Source: an uncultured Bacillota bacterium (GTDB taxonomy: Bacteria > Bacillota > Clostridia > Christensenellales > UBA1242). From it: a DNA stretch of 60,138 bases. Location: the NCBI GenBank assembly GCA_949296805.1, contig CASFPO010000027.1:1-60138 (forward strand), read 5' to 3'. The translations under genes and the position numbers were made by a program. Below, piece after piece: positions 18,740 to 28,857 of the stretch (positions are counted from its first letter, which is position 1; every line of letters begins with the position of its first letter). Below the pieces are notes generated by a model that saw nothing but the letters and a program-made list of their open reading frames with translations, was not told the origin of the DNA and did no database searches.

Positions 18740-19497
18740 TTAAGCACCTCGTTTATGGCTGAGGCTATGATAAAGGAGGCAATCTCGACATTATTTCTTA
18801 CATCTTTAGGCGATAAAATTAGGTCAGGCGGGCTATCTTGTTTTAAGTCATTTGCAAACACCATAAAAGGCACGCCGATGGATATACAAGGCACTCCAGT
18901 ACTTACTGAGTCAATCGCCCTATTAAAACGCAGAACTCCACTGCCTGGCGTCATTCCTGTTGTGGTAATTTGAAAGGAAGTGCCAAGCCTTGTAAGCTCG
19001 TTTGTAGTTAAAGAGTCAATTATTATGCAATAGTCAATATACATACATTTAACAAGCATTTCAACAAGGTCAACCGTCTCGATACCTGTAGAAAAATAGA
19101 TATTAGGGCAGAATTTAAAGATATTATTGCTTTTGCTAAGTGCATCTATAGTGATATTGTCAAAGACCTCTTTGCCAAGTCTATCTGCCATAATATCAGG
19201 GTTGCCAAGTCCTATTATTAAAACTTTATCCTTGCGTCTTATCTTTAAATCCTTTAAAAATGCTCCTAACTTTTTTGCTAGAATATCTGTTATATATGCC
19301 TGACAATCTACTCCAAAGTCATAAAGCTTTGGTGCATTAAGGATAAAATAATCGCCGATTTTCATACCATACTCTTGCGCCTCTTCCTCATCTTCTATAG
19401 TAAGAGTGCCAAAAGACAGACCATACCTATCAAGCTTTGTTATGGCATAGCCAAGCTTTTCTAAATCTTTTCCGCATTCATCAATTAAGTCATACAT
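18736..19497 (-). CDS. gpr: germination protease GPR (short form)
   Basis: Collinear by eye with B. subtilis GPR: IIGLGNPDIMADRLG, IIIDSL, TTTGMTPGSGV, GVPCISIGVPFMV. Divergent from rpsT as in Bacillus. About 110 aa shorter than B. subtilis GPR. Confidence 0.75.
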   Translation of the reverse strand: MYDLIDECGKDLEKLGYAITKLDRYGLSFGTLTIEDEEEAQEYGMKIGDYFILNAPKLYDFGVDCQAYITDILAKKLGAFLKDLKIRRKDKVLIIGLGNPDIMADRLGKEVFDNITIDALSKSNNIFKFCPNIYFSTGIETVDLVEMLVKCMYIDYCIIIDSLTTNELTRLGTSFQITTTGMTPGSGVLRFNRAIDSVSTGVPCISIGVPFMVFANDLKQDSPPDLILSPKDVRNNVEIASFIIASAINEVLK

Positions 19498-19594
19498 AAC
19501 TTTATTTTGTCAAATTTTAAAAAAATTATTTATTTTACTTGATTTTATTTGTGTTATATGCTATACTTTCTTAGAATTTTTAAAGGAGATGACT

Positions 19595-19870
19595 ATGCCT
19601 AACATTAAATCAGCAGAAAAAAGAGTAAAAATTATTGAAAAGAAGACAGCTGAAAACAAATCTACAAAGAGCAGACTTGCTACTTATATTAAAAAATTTA
19701 AGTCAGCTGTTGCAAATAAAGATATTGCACTTGCTCAAGAAAGCTATAACGAAGTTGCATCTCTTCTTGACAGAACAGCAAGCGATAATGTTATCCATCA
19801 AAACAGTGCAAACAGAAAAAAAGCTCACTTTGCTAAAATGCTTGACGAATTAAAAAATCAAGCAAAGTAA
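19595..19870 (+). CDS. rpsT: 30S ribosomal protein S20
   Basis: Begins MPNIKSAEKR. The second ATG (19595) is preferred because AAGGAG sits 6 nt upstream of it. Confidence 0.9.
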   Translation: MPNIKSAEKRVKIIEKKTAENKSTKSRLATYIKKFKSAVANKDIALAQESYNEVASLLDRTASDNVIHQNSANRKKAHFAKMLDELKNQAK

Positions 19871-19888
19871 TTTGAAAAAGCTGTTATT

Positions 19889-19910
19889 GAGGCGTTATGC
19901 CTCTTTTTTT
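19889..19910 (+). terminator. intrinsic terminator of rpsT
   Basis: GAGGC-GTTAT-GCCTC followed by TTTTTTT. Confidence 0.7.
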
Positions 19911-19991
19911 GTCAACTAAAATTGAAAAAATCCACCAAGTTCTAAAGCGAACATAGTGGATTTTTTAATAATTTAAGTCGATTAGTTTAAA

Positions 19992-20528
19992 TTAGTAATT
20001 TAAGTCAATAAGACCAAATCTGCCATCTCTTCTTCTATAGAGTATGTTGATTTTGCCAGTCTCTGCATTTAAGAATACAAAGAAATCGTGACCAAGTCTT
20101 TCAATAGCAAATCTTGCATCATCTATCATCATTGGATCAAGGTCAAAGGTCTTTTTCTTATAAATAGAAGGTAGTTCCTCTGGCTCTTCTTCCAGAAACT
20201 CAAAAGGCAAAAAGTTCTCTTGCTTAGAGCCTTTTGCTTTTTTATCCTTTCTCTTTTCATTATTTCTAACAATTTGTTTTTCAAGTTTAGGAAGAGCGTA
20301 GTCAATATTGTCATACATATTGTCGCTTGTAACTTCACTTCTATACATCAGCCCTTTGCTTGTGATAGTAATTTCAAGCTTTTCAAGTTTGGCATCTTTT
20401 AAGCACACTACTTTTACATTTGCCTCGCTATCAAAGTACTTAGAAAGTCTTTCAAGTTTTTCTCTTAAAATTCTATCAAGGCGTTGGCTAACCTTATATC
20501 CGCCTCTTTCTAAAATCTCAATTTTCAT
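19992..20528 (-). CDS. hpf: ribosome hibernation promoting factor (long form)
   Basis: 178 aa with an N-terminal RaiA/HPF fold pattern and a C-terminal dimerisation domain (FVFLNAETGKINILYRR.DG.FGLI). Confidence 0.85.
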   Translation of the reverse strand: MKIEILERGGYKVSQRLDRILREKLERLSKYFDSEANVKVVCLKDAKLEKLEITITSKGLMYRSEVTSDNMYDNIDYALPKLEKQIVRNNEKRKDKKAKGSKQENFLPFEFLEEEPEELPSIYKKKTFDLDPMMIDDARFAIERLGHDFFVFLNAETGKINILYRRRDGRFGLIDLNY

Positions 20529-20601
20529 ATTATCCTCCTAATTATATATTACCAAATTGCGACAATTTTTCCAAACAAATTTAAAATATTTGCAATCTGC
20601 T

Positions 20602-23049
20602 TTAGTCATTTGTAAAGGTAAGTTTATCATTTTCGACATCTATAATAACTTCGCCCTCATTTTTAAGTTGTCCTAGCAGAATTTTTTCGGCGATTTGGTC
20701 TTCAATCTCCTGCTGAATATATCTTTTGAGTGGTCTTGCGCCATATTCAGAGTTAGAACCTTTTTTGACGATAAACTCAAGAGCATCTTCGGTTATTTTT
20801 AGAGATAAATTTTTCTCTTTTAGGCGTTTGTTTATGTTAGTGATTAAGATTTTTGCAATCTTGACAAGGTCCTCTTGTGACAGAGGCTCAAAGATGCAAA
20901 TTACATCTATACGGTTGATAAACTCTGGCTTAAACTTGTTTTTAAGTGCGTCCATATAGATTTTTTTGGAGTCAATTTCCTCTTGTTCCTCATAATCACC
21001 AAAGCCAAGTTGTTTGCGATGTTCTTTAACTTCCCTTGCACCCAAGTTACTAGTCATAATGATAATGGTATTTTTAAAAGATACCGTTCTGCCCTGTCCG
21101 TCTGTAAGTCTGCCATCATCTAAGATTTGAAGCAAGGCATTAAAGATATCTGGATGAGCCTTTTCAATTTCGTCAAAAAGCACTACTGAGTATGGATGAC
21201 GCCTAACTTGCTCGGTAAGTTGTCCGCCCTCGTCATAGCCAACATAACCTGGAGGCGAGCCGATAAGTTTTGACACGCTGTGAGCTTCCATATACTCACT
21301 CATATCTATGCGGACAATGTTGTTTTCATTATCAAACATAGCCTCGGCAATCGCCTTGCAAAGCTCGGTTTTACCAACGCCTGTCTGTCCCATAAACAAG
21401 AAGGAGCCTATTGGTCGCTTGTTATCTTGAAGTCCAACTCGAGAGCGTCTTATCGCCTTGGCAACAGCCTCAACAGCCTCGTTCTGCCCAACAACTCGCT
21501 TGTGGAGAATATCTTCTAGATGGATAAGTCTATCCTTTTCACTTTCGGTTATCTTGGTAACAGGTATACCTGTCCACTTAGAAACTACGCTAGCAATTTC
21601 ATTTGCACCGATAGAATTTTTGTTAGACTTTTCTTTTTTGACATCCAGTTTTTCTTCTTTCTTTTTTAAATCATTTTCTAAATTGATGATTTCAGACTGA
21701 AGTTTTGCTGCCTTTTCATAATTTCGTTGCAAGCTTGCCTCATCTCTGCTAGCTGAGAGCGATTTAATCTTATCTTCAAGTGACCTTACCTCTTGAGGCT
21801 TTAAGGTATAGTTTACCTTTGCCTTTGCACTTGCCTCATCGATTAAGTCTATCGCCTTATCTGGCAAGCTACGGTCTGAGATATACCTATCAGAAAGCAC
21901 TGCTGCCGCCTCTATTGCCTCGTCAGTGATAGTGATTTTATGAAAAGCCTCATAGCTATCACGAAGTCCCTTAAGGATTTGTATGGTCTGCTCTACTGTT
22001 GGTGGATTGACCATAATCGGTTGAAATCTACGCTCAAGTGCTTTATCCTTTTCAATAAATTTGCGGTACTCGTCAGTGGTTGTAGCTCCTATTGTTTGCA
22101 ACTCTCCCCTTGCAAGATATGGCTTAAGCATATCAGCTGGAGAGGTTTCGCCCTTCTCAGAGCCTGCCTGTGCAAGAGTGTGGATTTCATCAATAAAGAC
22201 TATGATATTTTTACTTGCAATTATGGTCTCGATGGCACTTTTAAGTTTTTCTTCCATAGAGCCACGGTACTTTGTTCCCGCCATAAGTCCGCCTATCTCT
22301 AAAGCATAGACTACTTTATCTTTTAACACCTCTGGAACATCGCCAGAGACAATAGCTTGAGCAAGTCCCTCAACTACTGCAGTTTTACCTACCCCAGCCT
22401 CGCCGATTAGCACTGGGTTATTTTTAGTTTTTCGGCAAAGTATTTCAACTACACGCTGAATCTCTTCCTCTCTGCCAATGACTGGGTCAAGCTTATGCTC
22501 CTTAGCTTTAAGAGTTATATCAGTGCCCATTTCAAGCAGTTTTTCTGGCAGTGAGCTACCCGATTGTTTATTCTGGCTTTCTTGTTTTTCTTCGCTTGAG
22601 CTTGCCGAAGATAAAGCCTTTTCTACCTTGTTTCTTAGCCCGTCAATATCCACGCCGTACTGCCCAACAAGTATCCTATATGCTACCGAACCTGTTGAAG
22701 AAAGCAGAGCAAGAAGCAGATGCTCTGTCCCCAAAAAAGAGTGGTTAAGCTGAAGAGCGATTTGCTGTGCTATTCTAAACAAATCCTTTGTTCTTGGCGT
22801 CATTTCCACTTCGTTTGAAAAAAGAATGGTATCTTCGGCTATATTTTCTTCAAAAAATTCAAATAAACTTGGCTCAGTTACCCCCTCTTCTGCCAAAAAC
22901 TTAGAGGCAAGGCAATCTTTTACGCTGGTAAGCCCATACAAAATATGTTCACTTCCTATCAAGTTTGAACCAAAACGAAGGGCAAACTTGCTGGCATTTT
23001 TAATAACTTTTTGTATATTGTCTGAAAAAGTTGATGATTGATAGTTCAT
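20602..23049 (-). CDS. clpC: ATP-dependent Clp protease ATP-binding subunit ClpC
   Basis: 815 aa with Clp_N repeats and two AAA+ modules (GEAGVGKTA and GQTGVGKTE). Confidence 0.9.
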   Translation of the reverse strand: MNYQSSTFSDNIQKVIKNASKFALRFGSNLIGSEHILYGLTSVKDCLASKFLAEEGVTEPSLFEFFEENIAEDTILFSNEVEMTPRTKDLFRIAQQIALQLNHSFLGTEHLLLALLSSTGSVAYRILVGQYGVDIDGLRNKVEKALSSASSSEEKQESQNKQSGSSLPEKLLEMGTDITLKAKEHKLDPVIGREEEIQRVVEILCRKTKNNPVLIGEAGVGKTAVVEGLAQAIVSGDVPEVLKDKVVYALEIGGLMAGTKYRGSMEEKLKSAIETIIASKNIIVFIDEIHTLAQAGSEKGETSPADMLKPYLARGELQTIGATTTDEYRKFIEKDKALERRFQPIMVNPPTVEQTIQILKGLRDSYEAFHKITITDEAIEAAAVLSDRYISDRSLPDKAIDLIDEASAKAKVNYTLKPQEVRSLEDKIKSLSASRDEASLQRNYEKAAKLQSEIINLENDLKKKEEKLDVKKEKSNKNSIGANEIASVVSKWTGIPVTKITESEKDRLIHLEDILHKRVVGQNEAVEAVAKAIRRSRVGLQDNKRPIGSFLFMGQTGVGKTELCKAIAEAMFDNENNIVRIDMSEYMEAHSVSKLIGSPPGYVGYDEGGQLTEQVRRHPYSVVLFDEIEKAHPDIFNALLQILDDGRLTDGQGRTVSFKNTIIIMTSNLGAREVKEHRKQLGFGDYEEQEEIDSKKIYMDALKNKFKPEFINRIDVICIFEPLSQEDLVKIAKILITNINKRLKEKNLSLKITEDALEFIVKKGSNSEYGARPLKRYIQQEIEDQIAEKILLGQLKNEGEVIIDVENDKLTFTND

Positions 23050-24098
23050 TTTATACCTCCTTCTGTCAATTCTTTAACCTTGGTAGATATATACTCCGCT
23101 CTGATAATATTTTCCTTTTTTTTGTCAGAAAATTCAAAAATTTCTTTTAAATTGGCACTCATCCCCTCATAGTATAATTTTTGAAATTTATCCTCTGATT
23201 TTATTGTTATAAACCCTAGCACCTGACCTAGTTTGACTTGAGATAAAAGCTCAAGCATTTCTTCTTCGGCAAGGCTATAACAGTTTGTAAGAGTGCCGTA
23301 CGCACGCTGACATCTATCCCTTATGCCAACATAATCGCTCTCAAGCAAAGCCTCTCTATTTTCTTTTTCTTGCTGGCAGAGTGCGTAGATAAATTCGCTA
23401 ACCTTGTCGATAATCTCATCTTCGTCAAGCCCTAGCGAGCCTTGATTTGATATTTGATAAAAGTAGCCAAGCCCTTGACTGCCCTCGCCATATATTCCTC
23501 TAACTGTCAGAAGATTATCTTTGGCTCTTTGGATGATTTCATCCATCTTGCCTTGCAGTTTGCACGCTGGCAAAAAGCACATAACAGACGCCCTCATCCC
23601 TGTGCCAAGATTAGAGGGGCTAGCTGTAATAAAGCCAAGTTTTTTATCAAAGGCGATAGGCAGGCTATTTAATATCTCGTCATCAATTTTACTAATTCTT
23701 CTATAAGGTTTATACAGATTAAACCCTTTTTCAAGGCACTGCTCTCTGATATGGTCCTCTTCATTTATCATAACGATTATCTTTTCATCCTCACTAATCG
23801 CCACCGAAGAGATATCTTTATTTTCAATCAGTTCTCTACTTATCAAATGTTTTTCAAAGAGAGCGTTACATTCATTAAGTGACAACTCTTTAAGTGACAT
23901 AAAATTAAACACGTCAAACTTTTCAAGCGTCTTCATAACAGAGCCTGTGATATAGCTAGCGTCAACATCACTTTGAAGCTTGGTGTAAAATTTTAGTCCG
24001 TCAACATTTCTTGCAAGGCGAATGCGAGAAGAGATGGCAATACTATCAAATATTTCCATTACCGCCCACCTTTTTGCCTTTATGACATTTTTCTCCAT
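23046..24098 (-). CDS. mcsB: protein arginine kinase McsB
   Basis: ATP:guanido phosphotransferase motifs (SSRIRLARN, NEEDH.R). The stop overlaps the clpC start by 4 nt. An alternative start at M14 (24059) follows AAAGGTGG. Confidence 0.85.
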   Translation of the reverse strand: MEKNVIKAKRWAVMEIFDSIAISSRIRLARNVDGLKFYTKLQSDVDASYITGSVMKTLEKFDVFNFMSLKELSLNECNALFEKHLISRELIENKDISSVAISEDEKIIVMINEEDHIREQCLEKGFNLYKPYRRISKIDDEILNSLPIAFDKKLGFITASPSNLGTGMRASVMCFLPACKLQGKMDEIIQRAKDNLLTVRGIYGEGSQGLGYFYQISNQGSLGLDEDEIIDKVSEFIYALCQQEKENREALLESDYVGIRDRCQRAYGTLTNCYSLAEEEMLELLSQVKLGQVLGFITIKSEDKFQKLYYEGMSANLKEIFEFSDKKKENIIRAEYISTKVKELTEGGIK

Positions 24099-24216
24099 AC
24101 ATCTTTTTTAGTGCTTGTTTAAGCTCAAAAATTTCCTCATAGCAATGTTGACAACCTACAAAACCTGTTTGCAGAATTTCATTATATGATGTATGACAAT
24201 ATGGACAAATATTCAT
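24046..24216 (-). CDS. mcsA: mini McsA-like zinc-finger protein (56 aa), absent from the ORF track
   Basis: Hand translation: MNICPYCHTSYNEILQTGFVGCQHCYEEIFELKQALKKMYGEKCHKGKKVGGNGNI. It aligns by eye with the second CxxC...CxxC module of B. subtilis McsA. GGGAGTG lies upstream. The ORF overlaps the mcsB start. Confidence 0.6.
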   Translation of the reverse strand: MNICPYCHTSYNEILQTGFVGCQHCYEEIFELKQALKKMYGEKCHKGKKVGGNGNI

Positions 24217-24270
24217 TTTTCACTCCCTTTTAATTGTATCATATTAAAGATAAAAGTAAAAAACTTTCAC

Positions 24271-24340
24271 AATAAAAAGCATATCTTTTAGTTAAAGCCT
24301 GCGTTTGACTCCGCAAAAGCCTTCTTTATAAAAGATATGC
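24271..24340 (-). terminator. intrinsic terminator of tex with large structured loop
   Basis: A 12-bp stem GCATATCTTTTA/TAAAAGATATGC (24340-24329 with 24290-24279) encloses 38 nt. It is followed on the minus strand by TTTTTATT. Confidence 0.55.
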
Positions 24341-24347
24341 TAGTAAA

Positions 24348-26504
24348 TTAATTATTTTCTTTATCTATGCCTTTCATTGTAAGAGAGATACGTTTTTTAG
24401 CAATATCTACAGAAAGCACTTTAACTTCAACTTGTTGACCAACTTTTAGCACTTCAGATGGATGTTTAATAAAAGCATCAGAAATCTGGCTTATATGCAC
24501 AAGTCCGTCTTGATGCACGCCGATATCCACAAAAGCACCAAAGTCAACCACATTTCTTACCGTTCCTGCAAAAATCATACCTTCTTTTAAGTCCTCAAGG
24601 GTAATCACATCACTGCGAAGTACAGGTTTTGGCATACTTTCACGGATATCTCTACCTGGTTTTAAAAGCTCCTTTGTGATGTCGGTAAGGGTTGGCACGC
24701 CAATATCACACTCTTTTGCCACCTTATCTTCCCCTTTAAGCTCTATAAGCTTTGGCAGAGAGGCGATATTGCCATTTTTAACATCCTCTTCACTTAAATC
24801 AAAGAGTTTTAAAAGTTTTCGTGTTGCCTCATAACTTTCTGGATGCACGGCGGTGTTATCTAAAATCTCTTCGCCACCCACTACTCGCAAGAAGCCTGCA
24901 CACTGCTCATAGGCTTTTGGCCCAAGCTTTGGCACTTGCAAAAGCTGTTCTCTATTTTTTATCCCTTTAACTTTTGCTCTAAAGGCGACAATATTTTTTG
25001 CTATTGACATATTTAGCCCCGAAACATAGCTTAGTAGCGATGGACTTGCGGTATTTAAGTCAACCCCGACTGAGTTAACGCAATCTTCTACCACACCTGT
25101 CAAAACTTCAGTCAGTCTATTTTGAGGCATATCGTGCTGATACTGTCCAACCCCGATAGACTTTACATCTATCTTGATAAGTTCAGCCAGCGGGTCTTGC
25201 AGACGCCTTGCAATTGAGACCGCACTTCTAAGTGAAACATCATAGTCAGGAAATTCCTCAGCGCCAAGCTTTGAAGCTGAATACACTGACGCTCCAGCCT
25301 CTGACACTACAGCGTAGCTAACTGGTCTTGAAAGGTGTTTGATAAGCTCAGCTACAAAAATCTCTGCCTCTTTGGATGCTGTTCCATTGCCGATTGAGAT
25401 GACGTCTACCCTATACTTTTCAATCAATTTTTTAAGTTTTTCTATAGACTCCTCTGTCTTAGATTGAGGTGGAGTTGGATAGATAACCGTTGTATCAAGC
25501 ACATTTCCGTTGGTATCGATTACTGCAATCTTGCAACCTGTTCTATAGGCAGGGTCTAAGCCTAAGATAATGTTATTCTTTAGCGGAGCTTCCATCAAAA
25601 GCGGTTTTAAGTTAACTTCAAACATCTTTATAGCTTGCTCGTCTGCCTTTTCGGTTAAATTGTTTCTACATTCCCGCTCAAGTGCTGGGAACAGAAGTCT
25701 ATCATAGGCATCGGCAATAGTCTCTTCCATAAGAGTGTCGGTGTCAGGGTTATCCTTTTTAAAATATTTGTTGATAACTGCGATTGCAAGCTCACGATTT
25801 ACAACAATATCCACCTTTAAGCACTTTTCCTTTTCTCCTCGGTTGATGGCAAGTATACGATGGCTTGGAATAGTTTTTACCTCTTGTTTAAAGTTTGCAT
25901 AGGTCTCGTAAGTTGGGCTGTTTTCATTCTCGACAAGCTCACACTCAATAGAGGCTTTATTCTCTAAAAGCAAGCGAAGTTCCTTTCTAAGCTCGGCGTT
26001 ATCAGAAATTCTCTCGGCAATGATATCTTTAGCACCTTGCAAAGCCTCGTCTACGCTTGGCACTTCTTCAGTTATAAATTTTTCAGCCTCTACCCTTACT
26101 TGATAATTTTTAGATTGCATTTGCAAAATATCAGCAAGCCCTTCAAGTCCCTTTGCAATAGCCACTGACGCTCTTGTTTTGCGTTTTGGCTTATATGGTC
26201 TATAAATATCCTCAACTTCTGTCAGTGTCTTGGCATTTTCGAGTGCTATTTTTATCTCTTCCGTCCACTTGCCTTGTTCGGTTATAGCCTTTTCGACCTT
26301 TGCTTTTTCCTCGCTTAAGTTACGCAGATATTTAAGTCTGTCAGCAAAAGAACGCAGTGTTTGGTCATCACAAGTGCCATGCATCTCCTTTCTGTATCTT
26401 GCTATAAAAGGTATGGTGCAACCTTCATCTATAAGATTGATAATGTTTTGTGAGTATTCTTGCTTAAGACCAAATTCTTGGGCAAGTGTTGTAGTAATAT
26501 CCAT
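24348..26504 (-). CDS. tex: Tex-like transcription accessory protein (S1 domain)
   Basis: 718 aa with the conserved IPFIARYRKE N-terminus, YqgF/HhH regions and a C-terminal S1 domain. Confidence 0.9.
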   Translation of the reverse strand: MDITTTLAQEFGLKQEYSQNIINLIDEGCTIPFIARYRKEMHGTCDDQTLRSFADRLKYLRNLSEEKAKVEKAITEQGKWTEEIKIALENAKTLTEVEDIYRPYKPKRKTRASVAIAKGLEGLADILQMQSKNYQVRVEAEKFITEEVPSVDEALQGAKDIIAERISDNAELRKELRLLLENKASIECELVENENSPTYETYANFKQEVKTIPSHRILAINRGEKEKCLKVDIVVNRELAIAVINKYFKKDNPDTDTLMEETIADAYDRLLFPALERECRNNLTEKADEQAIKMFEVNLKPLLMEAPLKNNIILGLDPAYRTGCKIAVIDTNGNVLDTTVIYPTPPQSKTEESIEKLKKLIEKYRVDVISIGNGTASKEAEIFVAELIKHLSRPVSYAVVSEAGASVYSASKLGAEEFPDYDVSLRSAVSIARRLQDPLAELIKIDVKSIGVGQYQHDMPQNRLTEVLTGVVEDCVNSVGVDLNTASPSLLSYVSGLNMSIAKNIVAFRAKVKGIKNREQLLQVPKLGPKAYEQCAGFLRVVGGEEILDNTAVHPESYEATRKLLKLFDLSEEDVKNGNIASLPKLIELKGEDKVAKECDIGVPTLTDITKELLKPGRDIRESMPKPVLRSDVITLEDLKEGMIFAGTVRNVVDFGAFVDIGVHQDGLVHISQISDAFIKHPSEVLKVGQQVEVKVLSVDIAKKRISLTMKGIDKENN

Positions 26505-27455
26505 TTAAAAATTCTCCTTTATCTTTTTTGCAATTTGTTTAACTTTTGAAAGTAGCTCGTTTTCCACCTCTTCTAGCTCCACCTTTTTGGCAAACAAAAC
26601 TTCTAGCCTCTGCTCGTCAAGTAACGGCAGTGTTAGCTCTTCGCCTTCCTCAAAACTTAGAGCTTGAATTAAAGCCTCCTCTGAGACAAGGTCACTGCTA
26701 TGCATAAGATTATTTGTATTAAATTTTGCAAGCCTGCCTTCCAAAAGCATATCTATATTATAACATTGTCCGCTTGAAAATCCAAATTTTAAACGGTTAT
26801 AAATAAAATTATATAAATTTATTGCACCTCTTCCCTTCTCTCCATCTTGTTGAGGGGAGAAAACGCAGAGTTTATCATAATCTTTTAGCAATTTTTGGTC
26901 ATCCTTATCTATATAATTAAGCCCATAGATAAAACACTGTCTATCTAAAAAGCCAAAACTTTCAAGCGTTTCTACTGGCGAGAGCTTGAATAAGTTGACA
27001 ATTTTGCCAACCTCTTCAAGCTTTGAGCCAACCGAGATACAAAGTGGCACATCTGCCCTTGCTGAGAAGTCAGAAATGGCACTGAGCAGTTCTTGGTTAT
27101 ACTCAAGCAAACTTTCTATGTCAAGTATTACCCTTCCGCCAACGAGAGCATTTGCTGGCATAGAGGCAAAATTTTTGGCTGAGACAATCTCGCACCCCTC
27201 TAGCCCAAACTTTTCAAGCGACCTCACGCCTTGCGAGAAGTGTGGCACTTTAAGGTTAACTTTGCCTACTCCTGCTAGCTTATTTTTAACTACAGCGTAG
27301 TCAATTAAGCAAGCAATTTCATCCTCCGTCAAAGCGTTTTCAAATGCAATGTTATCTTCATCAAGGCTAACAAATTCGCCCAAAGCACAGGCGATAGCGT
27401 CACAGTAATGATTATAAAACTTGTATAGTTTAATTTTATCCTTTAGTCTTTGCAT
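26505..27455 (-). CDS. amidohydrolase-fold-like protein with substituted metal ligands (probable pseudoenzyme)
   Basis: 316 aa, collinear by eye with MtaD/SsnA-type amidohydrolases. The HxH, H, H and D ligand positions read NHY, S, G/L and S. The stop directly abuts the tex start. Confidence 0.45.
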   Translation of the reverse strand: MQRLKDKIKLYKFYNHYCDAIACALGEFVSLDEDNIAFENALTEDEIACLIDYAVVKNKLAGVGKVNLKVPHFSQGVRSLEKFGLEGCEIVSAKNFASMPANALVGGRVILDIESLLEYNQELLSAISDFSARADVPLCISVGSKLEEVGKIVNLFKLSPVETLESFGFLDRQCFIYGLNYIDKDDQKLLKDYDKLCVFSPQQDGEKGRGAINLYNFIYNRLKFGFSSGQCYNIDMLLEGRLAKFNTNNLMHSSDLVSEEALIQALSFEEGEELTLPLLDEQRLEVLFAKKVELEEVENELLSKVKQIAKKIKENF

Positions 27456-27498
27456 AATTTTCCTAACTTTTACCTATTATACATAAAACGGAGTGTTT

Positions 27499-28695
27499 AT
27501 GCAAACAAAAGAGCGGGTTATATTACATTCTGACGTCAATAATTTTTTTGCTTCGGTCGAGTGCGTGAGCCGACCTGAGCTTAAAGATAAGCCAGTCGCA
27601 GTGACTGGCAATCCTGAAAAGCGTAATGGTATCATCCTTGCCAAAAATGAGCTTGCCAAAAAATTTGGGGTCAAAACAGGTCAGGTTATAAGCGAGGCTA
27701 AGGCGCTTTGCCCTGAGCTTATCTGTCTTGCACCACACTATGACTTATACGAAGAGATTAGCTTGCAGTTACATAATCTATACTTAAGTTACACCAATTT
27801 TGTTGAGCCATTAGGGCTTGACGAGTGTTTTCTTGACGTGACAGGCAGTTTAAAATATCTTAAGATGAGTGGCGAGCAGATAGCCGACCAAATTCGAGAA
27901 AAAGTCAAGCAAAAATTTGGCTTTACTGTCTCTGTAGGAGTATCTTTTGCAAAAATCTTTGCAAAACTTGGCTCTGACTTGCGTAAGCCTGACTTTACTA
28001 CCGTTATTAAACGAGAAGATTTAAAAGAAAAAATCTATCCTCTGCCACTAAACTCTGTAGTAGGCATCGGCAAACGGCTAGAGAAAAAATTTTCTTCCAT
28101 TGGAGTGAACACGATTGGCGAATTTGTTAAGCTTGAGGACTTTTATCTAAATAACCTTATGGGCGTAAACGGAACAAGGCTTAAGGCAGACCTTTTGGGC
28201 GAGAGGGAAGAGAGTGTGGCTGACTATTACACCCTGCCACCACCAAAAAGTATTGGAAACGGCACAACTACCCTTAAGGATATTGTTGACCGCAGAGATG
28301 TAGAAAAAGTTATCTACTTTTTAGCCGAAAAGGTGTCAAGTCGGATGCTTAAACATAGGGTGCTTGCAAATACTTTGTCAGTTACCCTTAAGACCAAGGA
28401 CTTAAAGACCGTGCATATAAGTCAAAAAGTAAAGCCTACCAACAACATTAGCGAAATCGCCAAGGGCTGTCTTATGCTATGTGATAAATTATGGAGATAT
28501 AACTATCCTCTTAGAGCTATTAGGATAAAAGGCTCTAACTTTACCAGTTCTAACGTAAGGCAGTTATCCTTTTTTGACAAGTCTAAGCCCGATATATCAG
28601 AAACGGTAAAATATATAAATGACAAGTACGGAAAGATTATCCTTGCCAGCGACAGTGCAAGTTTTATCAACAAAAGCACCCATCCTCAAGAATAA
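27499..28695 (+). CDS. dinB: Y-family DNA polymerase (DinB/UmuC-like)
   Basis: ILHSDVNNFFASVE and LGLDECFLDVTG catalytic motifs. ATG 27499 is preferred, 5 nt after GGAG. Confidence 0.8.
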   Translation: MQTKERVILHSDVNNFFASVECVSRPELKDKPVAVTGNPEKRNGIILAKNELAKKFGVKTGQVISEAKALCPELICLAPHYDLYEEISLQLHNLYLSYTNFVEPLGLDECFLDVTGSLKYLKMSGEQIADQIREKVKQKFGFTVSVGVSFAKIFAKLGSDLRKPDFTTVIKREDLKEKIYPLPLNSVVGIGKRLEKKFSSIGVNTIGEFVKLEDFYLNNLMGVNGTRLKADLLGEREESVADYYTLPPPKSIGNGTTTLKDIVDRRDVEKVIYFLAEKVSSRMLKHRVLANTLSVTLKTKDLKTVHISQKVKPTNNISEIAKGCLMLCDKLWRYNYPLRAIRIKGSNFTSSNVRQLSFFDKSKPDISETVKYINDKYGKIILASDSASFINKSTHPQE

Positions 28696-28740
28696 AGGTT
28701 AAAATATGCAATATATTATTATTAAATTTGATAAATTGTT

Positions 28741-28768
28741 TTGAATTTGACCACAACTGTAATATAAT
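28741..28768 (+). promoter_or_regulatory. candidate sigma-A promoter of degV
   Basis: TTGAAT, 16-nt spacer, TATAAT. Confidence 0.4.
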
Positions 28769-28857
28769 TAGCTTAGAATACTCAATGAAAAGAGTATTTA
28801 ATCACTAAAAATAAAGTATCTATAGATGCTAAGAATAATAAAAATAGGAGAATAAAT

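Noticed and set aside
23046-23048. Alternative genetic code with TGA read as sense.
   Set aside because: TGA is used as a genuine stop, for example at the mcsB and TSUP half-gene ends. Conserved proteins terminate where expected under code 11.
24290-24328. CtsR operator upstream of mcsA.
   Set aside because: Only one heptad (AGTCAAA) matches. The second repeat is absent, and the site lies inside the tex terminator loop rather than over the promoter.
27456-27498. LexA/DinR SOS box in front of the Y-family polymerase gene.
   Set aside because: No GAAC-N4-GTTC-like motif is present in the 43-nt divergent spacer.
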